From: Naegleria gruberi
Lineage: Eukaryota
Assembly: GCA_000004985.1 (NCBI GenBank)
Contig: GG738850.1
Direction: 5' to 3' (one strand)
Length of the DNA: 64,000 nucleotides
In this document: one piece after another, positions 1 to 12,234 of the stretch
How the letters are laid out: each line of letters starts with the position of its first letter
How positions within the stretch are numbered: the first letter of the stretch is position 1
Made by a program: the position numbers and the translations under genes
Notes under the pieces: model-generated
What the model was told of the DNA's origin: nothing
Seen by the model: the letters and a program-made list of their open reading frames with translations, nothing else
Databases searched by the model: none

Positions 1-1700
1 AGTATTAATTATTGGATTAGTAGTACCTCCAAGTGTAAATGATGATGGTGTAGCAGTAGTTGTAGCAGTATTACCTCCTCCAAATGAAAATCCACCTGTT
101 AATGAACTACCAATAGTAGATGATCCACCGAATTTAAATCCACTACCACTACCTGTACTATCTGATAATGTTGTATCTTTCTTTTCTTCACTTGGTGTAG
201 TTGTAACACCTCCAAATGAGAATGATGATGATGTTGCACCTCCAAATGATGTAAATGATGGTGTTGTTGTAGTAGTAGTAGTAGTAGTATTTGATTCATC
301 TTTCTTTTCAGTTGTATTAGTGTTTGATGTAAAATTAAATCCACCAAATGATGATGATGGTGCAGGTGCAGCAGTATCAGTAGTAGTATCATTAACAACA
401 CTTGATAGTGGTGTAGATGTTGGAATTTTAAAAGTAGCACCTCCAAATGAATAACCACCAACACTTGGTTTACTTTCTTCTTTCTTTTCTTCTTTTTTAT
501 CAAGTGCAAATGAACTAGTAAAATCAGTAGAAGCACCTCCAAATTTAAATCCACTACCAACATTACTTGTTGGTTTATCTTCACTTGTAGTAGTATCAGT
601 ATTAGCAGTAGTATTAGTAGTTAATTTAAATCCACCACCAATAGAAGATGATGAGAAATTAAAACCAGAACTAGTAGTAGATTCTTCCTTTTTATCTTCA
701 GTTGGTTTAACAATAGCACCTCCAAATGAATAACCACCACTTGATGGTATACTACTTGTTAAAGATCCACCAAATTTGAATCCACCATTTACACTAGTAG
801 TAGTAGTAGTTGAGGTATCTTCATCATCTTTATCATTTGAAGATGGAGTAGTTGATGATGATGCAAAATTAAATCCATTACTAGTAGTTGTTGTTGATGG
901 TTTAGTATCATCCTTATTAGTAGTAGTGGTAGTAGGAGTAGTAGATAAAGTATTACCAGTAAAATTAAATCCACCAAAAGATGATGTTGTTGTATCCTTC
1001 TTTTCTTCACTTGTAGTAATTGCACCACCAAATTTAAATCCACCTAATGTAGTACTACTACTACTAGCAGAAGTTTCTTCCTTTTTATCATCTGATTTCT
1101 TATCATCTATTGTTGTTGGAATTGTAAATTTAATACCACTTGTTAAATCTAAACTAGTAGTATTATTTGATAATGATGCAAAATTAAATCCACCCAATGA
1201 TGATGATGATGTAGTAGTAGTATTTGATTCTTCCTTTTTATCATCTGATTTCTTATCAGTTGCTCCACTAAATTTAAATCCACCAACACTAGTAATTTCC
1301 TTTTTCTTTGGTTCTTCTTCTTCTTCTTCTGAAGATGAAATAATATCATCATCATCTGATTCTTCTGATTTCTTTTCAGTAATAGTAGTAGTAATAGTAG
1401 GAATATTACTATTAGCTAATACACCACCAAATTTAAAACCAAATGATTGAGTTTCTTCCTTTTTATCATCTTGTTTCTTATCATCTGATTTCTTTTCAGC
1501 TAATACACCACCAAAATTAAATCCACCCATTGATGATGATGATGATGTAGTAGTCTTTGATTCATCATCCTTCTTTTCATTTGTATTATTACTTAAAACA
1601 CCACTAAATTTAAATCCACCTGAACTAGCAGTAGTAGTAGTAGTAGTTTCCTTTTCATCTTCAGAAGATGATAAAATATCAATTTCTTCATCAGAATCTT
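1..1700 (-). repeat. Degenerate tandem DNA repeats encoding FxFG nucleoporin units (ccaccaaatttaaatcc-type cores)
   Basis: The motif ccacc-aaa-tt(t/g)aaa-tcc recurs at about 1026, 1268, 1426, 1513 and 1606. It corresponds to GG-F-(K/S/N)-F-GG on the minus strand. Confidence 0.6.
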
Positions 1701-3153
1701 CATCTTTTTGTGTTACTTCCTTATCAGTATTAGTAATAGTAATAGTAGTGGTTGGAATTGTAGTAGTTTCCTTTGTAGTAGTAGTAGTAGTAGTATTAGT
1801 ATTATTAAATGTAAAAGGTGATGTAAGAGATGGAGAATCAAATTTAATACTTGAAATATTAAAAGCAGGAGTAGGAACATTTGATAATAATTTAGATTTT
1901 TCTCTATTAACTTGTTCAAATGTTTCTTCTTCTTCTTCTTCTTCATCATCTTCTTGTTGTTGTTCTTGTACTTTTCTAGCATATGGAGTTGAATCTTTTC
2001 TAATAGATTGTGTCTTTCTTTTAATTGGTGTTTCATCTGATTGACTAATATCAAATGATGTACTCTTCTTTTTACCATTTAAAGTAGATTTAGATGATTT
2101 AATGGCATCCTTTTTAGCAGTAGTTTTAGCATTTGATAAATCCATTGATTTTGTTGGAATTTCTTCATCATTTTCATCATTCATATCATTAATTGATTGT
2201 TTAATTCTAGATTGACTTCTTTGAACAGTTGATAAACGTAATGCTAATGGTTTAGGTGGTACTTTTTCAACATCAATTAAAGGTGATGATAATTGATCAA
2301 GTGTTTCTAATATTCTTTTAGCTGTTTCACTAATAGTTTTAACATTACTTGGTGATTTTTCAAAATGTTTAATACGTTTAAATGGTTGTTGTTGTTCTTG
2401 TTCATCTTTATCTTCAATAGTAGTAGTAGTAGTAGTAGATTGTTTTCTTTTAAAATTAGATGGAAATAATACTTTTTTAATTGAAGATGATTGATTATTA
2501 TTATTATTATTATTAGATGATGATGTATATTGATTAAATGTTGGTGATAATATTGTATGTTGTTGTTGTGAATGTTGAATAGATTGATTAGATTGAATAG
2601 GAGATGGTGGAAAATTAATAGAATCACTTGTTGTTGGTTGTTGTTGTTGTAATAATTGTGAATGATTAAATGATTGTCTTCTAGTTGGAATTGGTTTAAT
2701 AACATTATGTTCATCATTTAATTGTTGTTGTTGTTCAATTGTATTATTATTTTCATATTGTTGTTGTTGTAAATGATTATTATCTTCTTGATGTCTACTA
2801 GTATTATTATTATTATTATTATTTTGTAAAATATTTAATAATCTAGGAGAAGTAATAATTTTGTTAATATCATCATTTGTTAAATCAGGATATAAATGTT
2901 TAATTTCCTCAAATTGTTCACGATTATAATATTCAACACTCTTTTTAGAAAACCAACTAGTAGGAATTAATTTTTTAAAAAAGTTTGAAAAACTAGAAAA
3001 TACAGAATATTCTTCTTCTTCTTCATATTGTCTAGTAGTACTATTATCATCTTCATCTAATAATATTATAGAATCAGAGATAACATCTGAAGGATAGGGA
3101 TTATTAGTACGATAGGATTTAGTGTGTCTCCTTTCTGTACGTTGAATTGGCAT
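1..3153 (-). CDS. FxFG-repeat nucleoporin; N-terminal unique region then a long FSFG/FKFG/FNFG array; 3' end runs past position 1 (partial)
   Basis: The minus-strand ATG is the reverse complement of 3151-3153 and follows an A-run. Reading from it gives MPIQRTERRHTKSY.... An open frame (top coordinate mod 3 = 0) was verified at 3153, about 1042 and about 93. Repeats are GGFKFGG/GGFSFGG/GGFNFG separated by KKEE/DDKK/TTTT spacers. No in-frame stop is seen before the window edge. Confidence 0.7.
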   Translation of the reverse strand, partial: MPIQRTERRHTKSYRTNNPYPSDVISDSIILLDEDDNSTTRQYEEEEEYSVFSSFSNFFKKLIPTSWFSKKSVEYYNREQFEEIKHLYPDLTNDDINKIITSPRLLNILQNNNNNNNTSRHQEDNNHLQQQQYENNNTIEQQQQLNDEHNVIKPIPTRRQSFNHSQLLQQQQPTTSDSINFPPSPIQSNQSIQHSQQQHTILSPTFNQYTSSSNNNNNNNQSSSIKKVLFPSNFKRKQSTTTTTTIEDKDEQEQQQPFKRIKHFEKSPSNVKTISETAKRILETLDQLSSPLIDVEKVPPKPLALRLSTVQRSQSRIKQSINDMNDENDEEIPTKSMDLSNAKTTAKKDAIKSSKSTLNGKKKSTSFDISQSDETPIKRKTQSIRKDSTPYARKVQEQQQEDDEEEEEEETFEQVNREKSKLLSNVPTPAFNISSIKFDSPSLTSPFTFNNTNTTTTTTTKETTTIPTTTITITNTDKEVTQKDEDSDEEIDILSSSEDEKETTTTTTASSGGFKFSGVLSNNTNEKKDDESKTTTSSSSSMGGFNFGGVLAEKKSDDKKQDDKKEETQSFGFKFGGVLANSNIPTITTTITEKKSEESDDDDIISSSEEEEEEPKKKEITSVGGFKFSGATDKKSDDKKEESNTTTTSSSSLGGFNFASLSNNTTSLDLTSGIKFTIPTTIDDKKSDDKKEETSASSSSTTLGGFKFGGAITTSEEKKDTTTSSFGGFNFTGNTLSTTPTTTTTNKDDTKPSTTTTSNGFNFASSSTTPSSNDKDDEDTSTTTTTSVNGGFKFGGSLTSSIPSSGGYSFGGAIVKPTEDKKEESTTSSGFNFSSSSIGGGFKLTTNTTANTDTTTSEDKPTSNVGSGFKFGGASTDFTSSFALDKKEEKKEESKPSVGGYSFGGATFKIPTSTPLSSVVNDTTTDTAAPAPSSSFGGFNFTSNTNTTEKKDESNTTTTTTTTTPSFTSFGGATSSSFSFGGVTTTPSEEKKDTTLSDSTGSGSGFKFGGSSTIGSSLTGGFSFGGGNTATTTATPSSFTLGGTTNPIINT

Positions 3154-5308
3154 TTTTTTTTAAATTCAGAATTTAAAATGAAAACAAAATCAAATTTATA
3201 GTTGAGGAGTTCAATGTAGTGATGTTGTGTTGTTGGCGTGGAATTGGAGAGATGAAGTTAATATTTATTGAAGGATATATGTTGTGTTGTTGGTTTTGCA
3301 ACTTTTTTTTAGATTTCAAATTGAACAACAAGAATAGAGTGTGTATCAATATGAATGTGTTTCGTTTTGAAGAATTCCTTTTAAAAGAATTTATCATCAT
3401 TGCTGAGGATAAAAGAAAATAATTGGAATACTTAATTCAAATATTAACATGTAGGAAAGAAGAAGAAGCCAATTAGAGATATTGTTGATAACATATGAAA
3501 CCAAACTTGGCGAAGAACTTCGTTACAAGATTTTGAATTGTCAACTCAAAGCAAATAATGGTTGGTAAACCGTTCAACAACTTAAAAGAAAGGCAACCTT
3601 ACTGTAAGTCTTACTGATCATCTTCAACAAAAGGATCATGTTTTAGATATTGAAAACATTGTTGCAATTGATTTAAAGAATGTCGTCAGATAATGAAGTT
3701 ATAGTAAGGAAAAATCTGATTTGCCTTAATTGAAATAGGAAGCAATGATGGAAAAACTCAAAAGCATGAATTGATTGTATTCCCAATCAGATACGCTGCC
3801 TGACACAGCTTATTCATTGGACGGTAATAACAAGCTGTAATTGTAAACACTCACCGAAGATTGTTATATTACAGTATCTTACTTAATACACGAAAACGAT
3901 AATCAAAAGCGATGATAACGCAATAAACCAGAATCTTCTTGTTATTATAAATGTTACCTATATATCATAGGATCACATTATATTTTACCATTACATGGAA
4001 TAGATGCGCTGTTTGTAGTGCAGCAAGTTGTTGTTTTGTTGGAATCGGATAGACATGAATGACCGGTCAATTTTGATGCTATTGATTAATCAAGTTCCTA
4101 CAATTATGATTACAAGGAAGGCTGGGATAGATAGTGTAAGTGTAACTCTTTCGAAACATAACAAATACGCAAATAATTCATACAAATAGTTACATATTGA
4201 TTACCTAGCCATTCATTGAAAACCAATACATATCTGCAGTTTAGATTGAACTATCTAAAATTACATTCAAAGTGAAAATAGAAAATACCAACAAAATGGA
4301 AGACACTCGCATTGCTTCTTCCTACTTAACACGGACCTAGCACCGCGCTTTTATTAACATATTGTTATCACTTACAATATCCATTTGAGTAGTTAGTGGA
4401 TGAATATCCTATTTTCACCAGTTTACAAAGTATGTTGAGTGCAACACTATATGCTATATTTTTCGCTTATCATAATATCACATACATAACGTGTTATATA
4501 CATACAAGTGGCAAGTGGAATTGGCTTTGATGATGTTGATAAATTTGATTATTTTGCAAGGAAAACATGCTTGTTTGCATTAGGTTTTCAATAATATGAT
4601 ATAATACAATACAATTCATTTATTTGATATGAGAGAGGCTTTTAATTTGTTTCAAATGTTTTCCACTTTAGATTTAGTCTCAAACAAATTTATTCACACA
4701 ATAATTATTTTGAAATATCTAAAACTTTGAGAATTGAATTGTTGATAAGATTAATGAAAAAGTTTGTTGGGAGATTGATGTCAAGGATCACAAAATTATC
4801 TTTGGTGTTAACTAGAAAAAATATTGTTCTATGAAGGAGACAAAATTCAAAGTGTTTCACTTGAAGACATATGTGAAATTATGAAACCCAAAGGCACAAT
4901 TTAAATATCATTCAGATTCTTTTCAAAGAAATCAGAAACAGACTTGGAAGAATTGAGTAGAAAATTGGAGGCAGAACTGAAACAAACTTCACACAACAAT
5001 TCAAAGTTTAGTTCAATTCAAAGCAAAGAAACAATCAACAAAGAAATCAAGTTCTTCAACCAATTCCCAAACAAGAAAACAAGTTAACACTGACAATGTA
5101 ATTGAATTCGACTTGAGCGATAGGGAAGAAGATGCACAATCAGAAGTGAATCATGACTTATTTGAAGAATACGCTCCTAACCAATAAACTCTATCTTTAT
5201 GATAGATATCATTCCATCGAATATCTAATTGAAAAAAGAAGAAATAACATTCTTCCATCATTAGTATCAATATGTAAATTCAATTTAATTATTGCACTTT
5301 GAAAAAAA

Positions 5309-7727
5309 ATGTCTTCTTCACCACCATCAGAGACTATTGATGATGATGGTGATGTAATTCATCATCCATCCAATGATAATGTACAACAATCATCATCGGA
5401 TGATAATAATATTAATACATTGGATAATAATATTGATAACAATAACAATACATTAGATAATAATAGTATTGATAATAATATTGATAATAATAATAATAAT
5501 AAAAAAGAAATTAAATTAGAAGATTTATTAACAGAAGAAGAAATAGAAATAGCATCTAAAGTATTAGAAAAATTATCATTTCATTCATATTTATTAACAA
5601 ATCCTAAATTATCAAATTTAATATTATCAGGTTCTTTAGTTTTTAAAAGAAAAATTACAAAAGAAGAACAAGTTGAAATGAAAAGAGAACAACGTAAAAA
5701 AATTAAAGAAAAAGTTAAAAATCATGATACAAATATTTTAAATGGAACTTGTATGTATACTTTAATTTTATTTAATATTTAATTTTAATTTAATTTATTT
5801 AATATTTATTTAATTAATATTTAATATATTTTATTAAATAAATATAGTAATGAAACAAAAGAAAATGAATGAAGTACATTTTTTAAAACAACAAATTAGA
5901 ATGATACCAAATGCACCTAATAGTGAAGTACCATCTTTAACATTAGAAGAAGAAGAAGTAATTATTGAATCTATACCATATGATGAATCATTACATTCAC
6001 ATTTAGATAATAATCCAATTACAAGTCCAAATATTATTATTATTAATAATAATAATAATACAAATGATAGTAATGATAATTCAAATAATTCCAATGATAA
6101 TAATAATAATAATAATACTACATCTGATAATAGTACTACTACTACGACATCCAATTCTAATTCTAATAATTCTTCTAATAATTCCAATTCTAATAATAAT
6201 AGATTAAAAAAAGCCATTAGATGTTATATATGTCATGAAAAAACAAATCAAATTCATGAATTTTATCATAAAATGTGTTGTAAATGTGGAGAATATAATT
6301 TAGAAAAGAGATATCAACAAGTAGATTTATCTAATAAAATATGTCTAGTAACAGGTGGACGTATTAAAATAGGATATTATACAGCACTTAAATTATTAAG
6401 ATCTAATGCTGAAATGGTAATAGTAACAAGTAGATTTCCTAAAGATACATCTATTAGATATTCTAATGAACCTGATTTTAATATATGGAAAGATAAATTA
6501 AAAATTTATGGTATTGATTTTAAACATATTCCATCTGTTATTAAATTTACTGAACATTTATTAAATATTTTACCTAGATTAGATATTTTAATTAATTGTG
6601 CTGCTCAAACTATTAGAAAACCAACTGCTTATTATGAACATGTTGCTAGATTTGAATTAACTACTTCTTTACAAGATTTATCTCAAAATGAAAGAAATTT
6701 ATTACCTTTAGATTTTAATATGGAAATTAATCATGAACAAGAATTAATTGCATTAAAAATGTTATCTTCAATGAATGTTAATAATAATAATATGAATATG
6801 AATCAATTGACTAGTAGTAATGATAATGATAATAAGAGTAATGATGATAATAATAAGAGTGATAAGAATGATAATAATAACAAGACTCAATCATCAGAAC
6901 ATATCAATAATGATAATACAAATGAAATACATTTATCTAATAATACAGAAGAATCAAGACTATTATTAAATAATACTAGTAATAATAAGAATGAAATTAA
7001 ATATTCAAGTATATTAGATCCTATTAATATAAGTACAAGTAGTTTAATATGTCAAATACCAATATTAGATGAAGATAAAAGTTATAATGAACAATCATTT
7101 CCACGTGATATTTATGATGTTAATCAAAATCAAGCAGATTTTAGATCAACAAATTCATGGATTGCTACTTTACAAGATGTACCTGTTTTTGAAATGTTAG
7201 AAGTACAAACTATTAATGTTACTGCTCCTTTCATTTTAACTTCAAAATTAAAACCTTTATTAATTAAAGGTTCTTTATATTCACATTATTTATTAAATAA
7301 TAATTTAAATGAAAATATAAATGAAAATATTAATATAAATAATTTAAATAATAATTTAAATAATAATATTAAAAAAGGAATGAGTTTTATTGTAAATGTA
7401 TCATCAATGGAAGGACAATTTTATCGTAGATCTAAAGGAGTAACACATCCACATTTAAATATGGCAAAAGCAAGTTTAAATATGATGACAAGAACAAGTG
7501 CATCTGATTATGCACGTGATAATATTTACATGACAAGTGTTGATACTGGTTGGAATAATGATGAAAATCCATTAACTGATTTGGATAATATTTCACAAAC
7601 TTATTTTTGTCCTCTAGATGAAATTGATGGTGCTGCTAGAATTTTAGATCCAATTTATCAAGCAATTACAGGTAAACAATTATATTTTGGTGTTTTTTTA
7701 AAGAATTATGAACCATTTAGATGGTAA
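5309..7727 (+). CDS. Short-chain dehydrogenase/reductase with N-terminal Cys-rich zinc-ribbon and long Asn-rich inserts. Two exons: 5309..5750 and 5848..7727.
   Basis: The ATG at 5309 sits in aaaaaaaATG context. The donor is GTATGT at 5751 and the acceptor is ..aaatatag at 5847. The 97-nt intron is extremely AT-rich and restores the frame into the second ORF. The protein carries TGGRIKIGY (TGxxxGIG-like NAD(P) site), YRRSK (YxxxK) and CxxC..CxxC motifs. Confidence 0.7.
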
Positions 7728-8698
7728 ATAAATTTATTACAAAATTATTTCTTTCTAGATCTTTATGTTTGGGTAAATTTAAATTTAGTATATATTTGAA
7801 AATAAATGTTTAAGGTAATGTGAATCCTTAATAACTTGATAACTGTTTTTCAATTAACTGGTTCATGTGATTCTAATAAAGGGAATACTCTAATTATGTG
7901 ATCATTCATTGTATAATTGATAATGATCAATGATGTTCAAGTATCAATTCTGTCCTCCCCTCATAATTCCTCCTTTATTCTAGTTTAACTTTCTTGTTGA
8001 TAGCAAAGGAAGGAAGAAGAAAATACCCAACATTTGTATCTTATCAAAATAAATGTATTAGTGCAAGGATTTCTTTTTTTAATCTATTACCTTCTTATAC
8101 CCCCATTTTAAAACAGCATCTAATTTAGATGACTTGTAACGATGTGATGGAACAATCCACATTTATTTTTTATCCTTAATTATACATCATTGTAAAATTG
8201 TTTTGACTTGTGTTTTATTAAGAGACAAAATATAAGATGACTTTTTACTCCTTAATAGTTTCATATTTTCTTTCGTGCATATGTATACAATGTGTTGTTA
8301 TTCTTGTTGTGGTTATATCAGTTCATTAAAATGGATTGTCCACGCACTCCATAGCAAGCAATGGATTCAATGATTAATTACTTTGGATTCTCTGGATGTG
8401 CTGAGCACTGTTGTCCATACTCCGTCAACAAGAACACTACTTGACTACCCATTAATTGTGATCAAGAGGAGAGCAGTGTTCAGTGAAAAAACAGTTCTTG
8501 ATCCCAACGCTCAGATGCGTTGTTTCAGACTTTAAAAAAACCATTCTTTAACAATCTCCGTTATATCTGGATTTGAGATTGCCTCTGAGCGGCACAGAAA
8601 TACCAAACAATAGTTGAGAAACAGAAGCAAAAAAAAGCTTAAACTTTAATTTCTCCAATTACTGAATAATATCATCACACACTAGTCCACAACTTAAA

Positions 8699-10312
8699 AT
8701 GACAATTAGCAAAAATCAAAGAGTTGTGATGAATCTGAACCAACAATCATCTCACATTCATCAAGCCTTCAGTACATCACATCCACCACCAGTATGCAAT
8801 ACATCCTCTTGTTTTACTGCTTCTACTACTACTCTAAAAAAGAATATGAATAAGATCATATCTTCATCAACAACTAATAATCATTCTAACCATACATCAT
8901 CATCATTGTCATTCACTAAACCACATACATGTAATAATTCAAAGTTAACTCATCCCAATGTTCAGGTCAATACTCAAACTTTCAGCTCCTCAATCTCCTC
9001 CTCCACCAACAACACCAACAACAACACCAATACACAACAACAACAACAACATGTAACTCAATCCAATCATCCTCATCCACAACAACAAGGCTTTTGTTTA
9101 ATATTAGATACACAATCAACAAGTATACACTCCAATAACTCACTTCAAATGCACTTTAGATGTAAGAAGAGTTACAAGGATTACACTTTGGATGACATTT
9201 CCCAATATTTTCATTTACCTATTAAGGAAGTTGCTTCTTCATTGAATGTTAGTGTTACATTTTTAAAGAAGGTTTGCAGGTATGTCTTTATATTGATATT
9301 AATATTGATATTGTATATTAACATGCATGTAAATAGACGATTGAATATAAGTAGATGGCCCTATAGAAAAGTAACATCACTTCATAAGAAAATATCAGAT
9401 ATTAAGCAAACAAATATTACATTATCAAAAAATAATACTATTATCAATAATAATAATACCATTGACAATATCAATGATAACAGTACAAGTGTTATTATCA
9501 CAACTGGTGATGATCAAAATAACAAAATGATTATAGTTAATGAAGAGATTTCATTGAGTTCATTCTCATCAACCACACCTCATTCAAATATAATTACATC
9601 AAGTATTGAATCATCTACATTACAACATGCTATAAACAAGTGTAATCCTTGTCCAATTATCAATACTACTAATAGAGTCTGTGATTATCATCATGATCTA
9701 GCTGTTGGTGATTCAAATGAGAATCATCTTGAGAATCATTCGACGTCAACAACATGCTGTAGTCACAATAAGGAAAATAATATGCATCCAATTCCATCAA
9801 TGTATTCAAACGACATTAAGAATCCTTCATCAGAATCCTCAACAACTCTTTACAATACTACTCCAACTTTTAATACAACAACATCATCCTCCTCTTGGAA
9901 TACTTCATCTACAGTTAATACTACTACCACTGCCACTACAATGAATACTATTCAATATAATAGTCCTCAATCCAATTGTCAATATAATTCATTCCATTCT
10001 TTACCTTTCACAATAATAGCTCCAAAACGTTATACTTTTGATTCATACAATTGTTTTAATTGTAATACTTTTAATACTACTGAGAAGGAATGTAATGAAA
10101 CGAGAAGAAGTAGTATTGATTCAATAATTGAAAGAAGAAGTAGTATTGATCAAGTTGAATTATCTTCTTCAAATTATAATAGTAGTTTTGAAAAGAATAG
10201 TGTAAATACTTCATATAGTGATGAATCAAAGAATGTATATAGAGATTTAACCACAAGAGAAGTTATTTATTTACCTTCATTTAATGATTTTTGTAAACAA
10301 GCTGGTTTATAA
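8699..10312 (+). CDS. RWP-RK domain transcription factor, Ser/Thr/Asn-rich. Two exons: 8699..9279 and 9337..10312.
   Basis: After removal of a 57-nt GTATGT..AATAG intron (9280..9336) the protein reads ISQYFHLPIKEVASSLNVSVTFLKKVCRRLNISRWPYRKV. This is the RWP-RK signature. The intron is 3n and stop-free, so it also reads through in frame. Confidence 0.7.
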   Translation: MTISKNQRVVMNLNQQSSHIHQAFSTSHPPPVCNTSSCFTASTTTLKKNMNKIISSSTTNNHSNHTSSSLSFTKPHTCNNSKLTHPNVQVNTQTFSSSISSSTNNTNNNTNTQQQQQHVTQSNHPHPQQQGFCLILDTQSTSIHSNNSLQMHFRCKKSYKDYTLDDISQYFHLPIKEVASSLNVSVTFLKKVCRYVFILILILILYINMHVNRRLNISRWPYRKVTSLHKKISDIKQTNITLSKNNTIINNNNTIDNINDNSTSVIITTGDDQNNKMIIVNEEISLSSFSSTTPHSNIITSSIESSTLQHAINKCNPCPIINTTNRVCDYHHDLAVGDSNENHLENHSTSTTCCSHNKENNMHPIPSMYSNDIKNPSSESSTTLYNTTPTFNTTTSSSSWNTSSTVNTTTTATTMNTIQYNSPQSNCQYNSFHSLPFTIIAPKRYTFDSYNCFNCNTFNTTEKECNETRRSSIDSIIERRSSIDQVELSSSNYNSSFEKNSVNTSYSDESKNVYRDLTTREVIYLPSFNDFCKQAGL

Positions 10313-10658
10313 TAAATAGCTTTTTCAAAATACTATGATAATAATTCAAACATGTAATGATAAAACATGAATCGTGACAATTGTATGATAATGTAATTAC
10401 ATGTCAACTTACATGTTGTGTATTAACATTCAATGAACATATGAGGATAAGAAAATATCTTTTAATGAACAATAAGTTTGAATTCAAAGTTGAGTTCAAT
10501 ACGAGGAAATGTTAATCTCAATCACTAAGATATTGCCCCTCCATGTCCTCTATTCATCTCCTCTCTTTATTACCATATAAATTTTATTCCTTTTTTTCTT
10601 CCTCCCTTAATATTATTATTACTTTCAATTACAATTATAATTGAATGAAAAATTTGAA

Positions 10659-12234
10659 TTAAAATTTATTATTACTAATAAAAGTATCAAAATTATTTAA
10701 CATTTCTTCCTTTTCTGGCCAAGTTAAAAATGAATATTCAAATCCATTTCTAATCATTTTAATAATTTCATCATTTGTAAAATTAAATAAATTTTGAATT
10801 CTAAATAATTCTTCTGAAAGTGTAATATTACTCATTAATGTATTATCAGTACATATACAAACTATTATATATTAAATATTAAAATAAATATTAAATATAT
10901 TAAATTAAATATTAAATATTTTACAATAAATATTAAATATATAAATAAACATACCAGGTATACCAAATTTAAAATATAAAGGTAAAGGATGTTCCTTATA
11001 AGAATTAACAGCCTTTGTTTGATAATTTGAAGTAACACAAATTTCCAATGCAATTTTACAATCTCTCACATATTTTAATAAATTTTCATCTTGAAATAAT
11101 CTTGTACCATGTCCAATTCTTTGTACTCCACAATTTATAATTGAATCATGTATATAATTGGAATCAGTTGCTTCACCTGCATGACATGTTGATTTTAAAT
11201 AATTCTATTATTATATATATTAAATATAATAAATATATTATTGTAAAGTATATTAAATATATTATTAAATATTAAATATATATTATTAAAAATTAAACAT
11301 ACTTGATGTATTAATTGATAAGATTTTAAATGTAAATTAGCAGGATAATTTAATTCTCTTGAAGCTAAATCAAAAGCAACAACTTTATGATTTTGAAATT
11401 TAATTGCAACTTGTGCCATTTCATAAACAATTTGTGGATCTAAATCTCTTAATCCAGAAACTATTAATCTACATTTAAATCCATTTAATTCTTTTTCTGC
11501 TAAATTTATACCATTAATTACATATTCCATTACTTGTGTTAATGTTAATCCTAATTTAGTATGTAATATTGATGCAAATCTTATTTCTAAATATAGTATA
11601 CCATCTTTATAGGCATCTTCACATACTTCATAAACTACTCTTTCAATTGAATCTATTTAATAATATTTATATATATTTAATAATATATTTAAATAATGAT
11701 AATACATACATTGATCCTATATATAGTAATATTAAATAATTAAATATAATTAAATAATTAAAACATACTTGTAATAAAGGAATTGTATGTGAAAATGCTT
11801 GTAAATATTGTTAAAGCCTTTTTTAATTCATTAATTTCTAAAGATGGAAGTGAAATATTATTTCTTTTAGCCAAATCAATCATTGTTTCAATCTATTTTA
11901 TTGTAATGATAATGATAATAATGTTAAACATACTCTTAAACTACCATCTAAATGTCTATGAAGTTCTGCTTTTGGAATTTTCTAATTATTAAATATTTAA
12001 ATATTAAAAATATTAATAATTAAATGATGATGATATTTAACATACAATTAATTGTTCCATTGTAAATGGTTGATAATTAATTAATTGAGTATGATATTCA
12101 TCATGTTGATGTTGATTCAATCCGATATTCAATACATTATTATTATGTTTAATAATATTACTACTATTTAATGTTCTTATTGATGATATTGTTGATGATG
12201 TTGTTGATTTAATAATATTTTTTAATTGTTTCAT
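10659..12234 (-). CDS. ada: Adenosine deaminase, 6 exons (minus strand): 12046..12234, 11934..11981, 11769..11892, 11303..11652, 10955..11204, 10659..10861
   Basis: Exon translations give PKAELHRHLDGSLR (ADA metal-site signature), HAGE, RIGHG, LEICVTSN and VCICTDNTLMSNITLSEE. All five introns start GTATGT and end (A/T)AG. Reading frame is conserved across every junction. The M of the 11195..11530 ORF falls exactly where the exon-4 model predicts. Confidence 0.8.

Noticed and set aside
99-2717. Several ORFs of 60 codons or more on both strands (99..584, 776..1450, 789..1043, 1149..1355, 1713..2078, 1748..2044, 2307..2717)
   Set aside because: They are alternative-frame or antisense readings of the FG-repeat DNA, giving V/L/H/Q homopolymers. 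The continuous FxFG frame, verified at three points, explains the whole region.
11783-11992. Plus-strand ORF inside the ADA locus
   Set aside because: It is antisense to ADA exons 2-3 and introns, which are explained by the six-exon ADA model.
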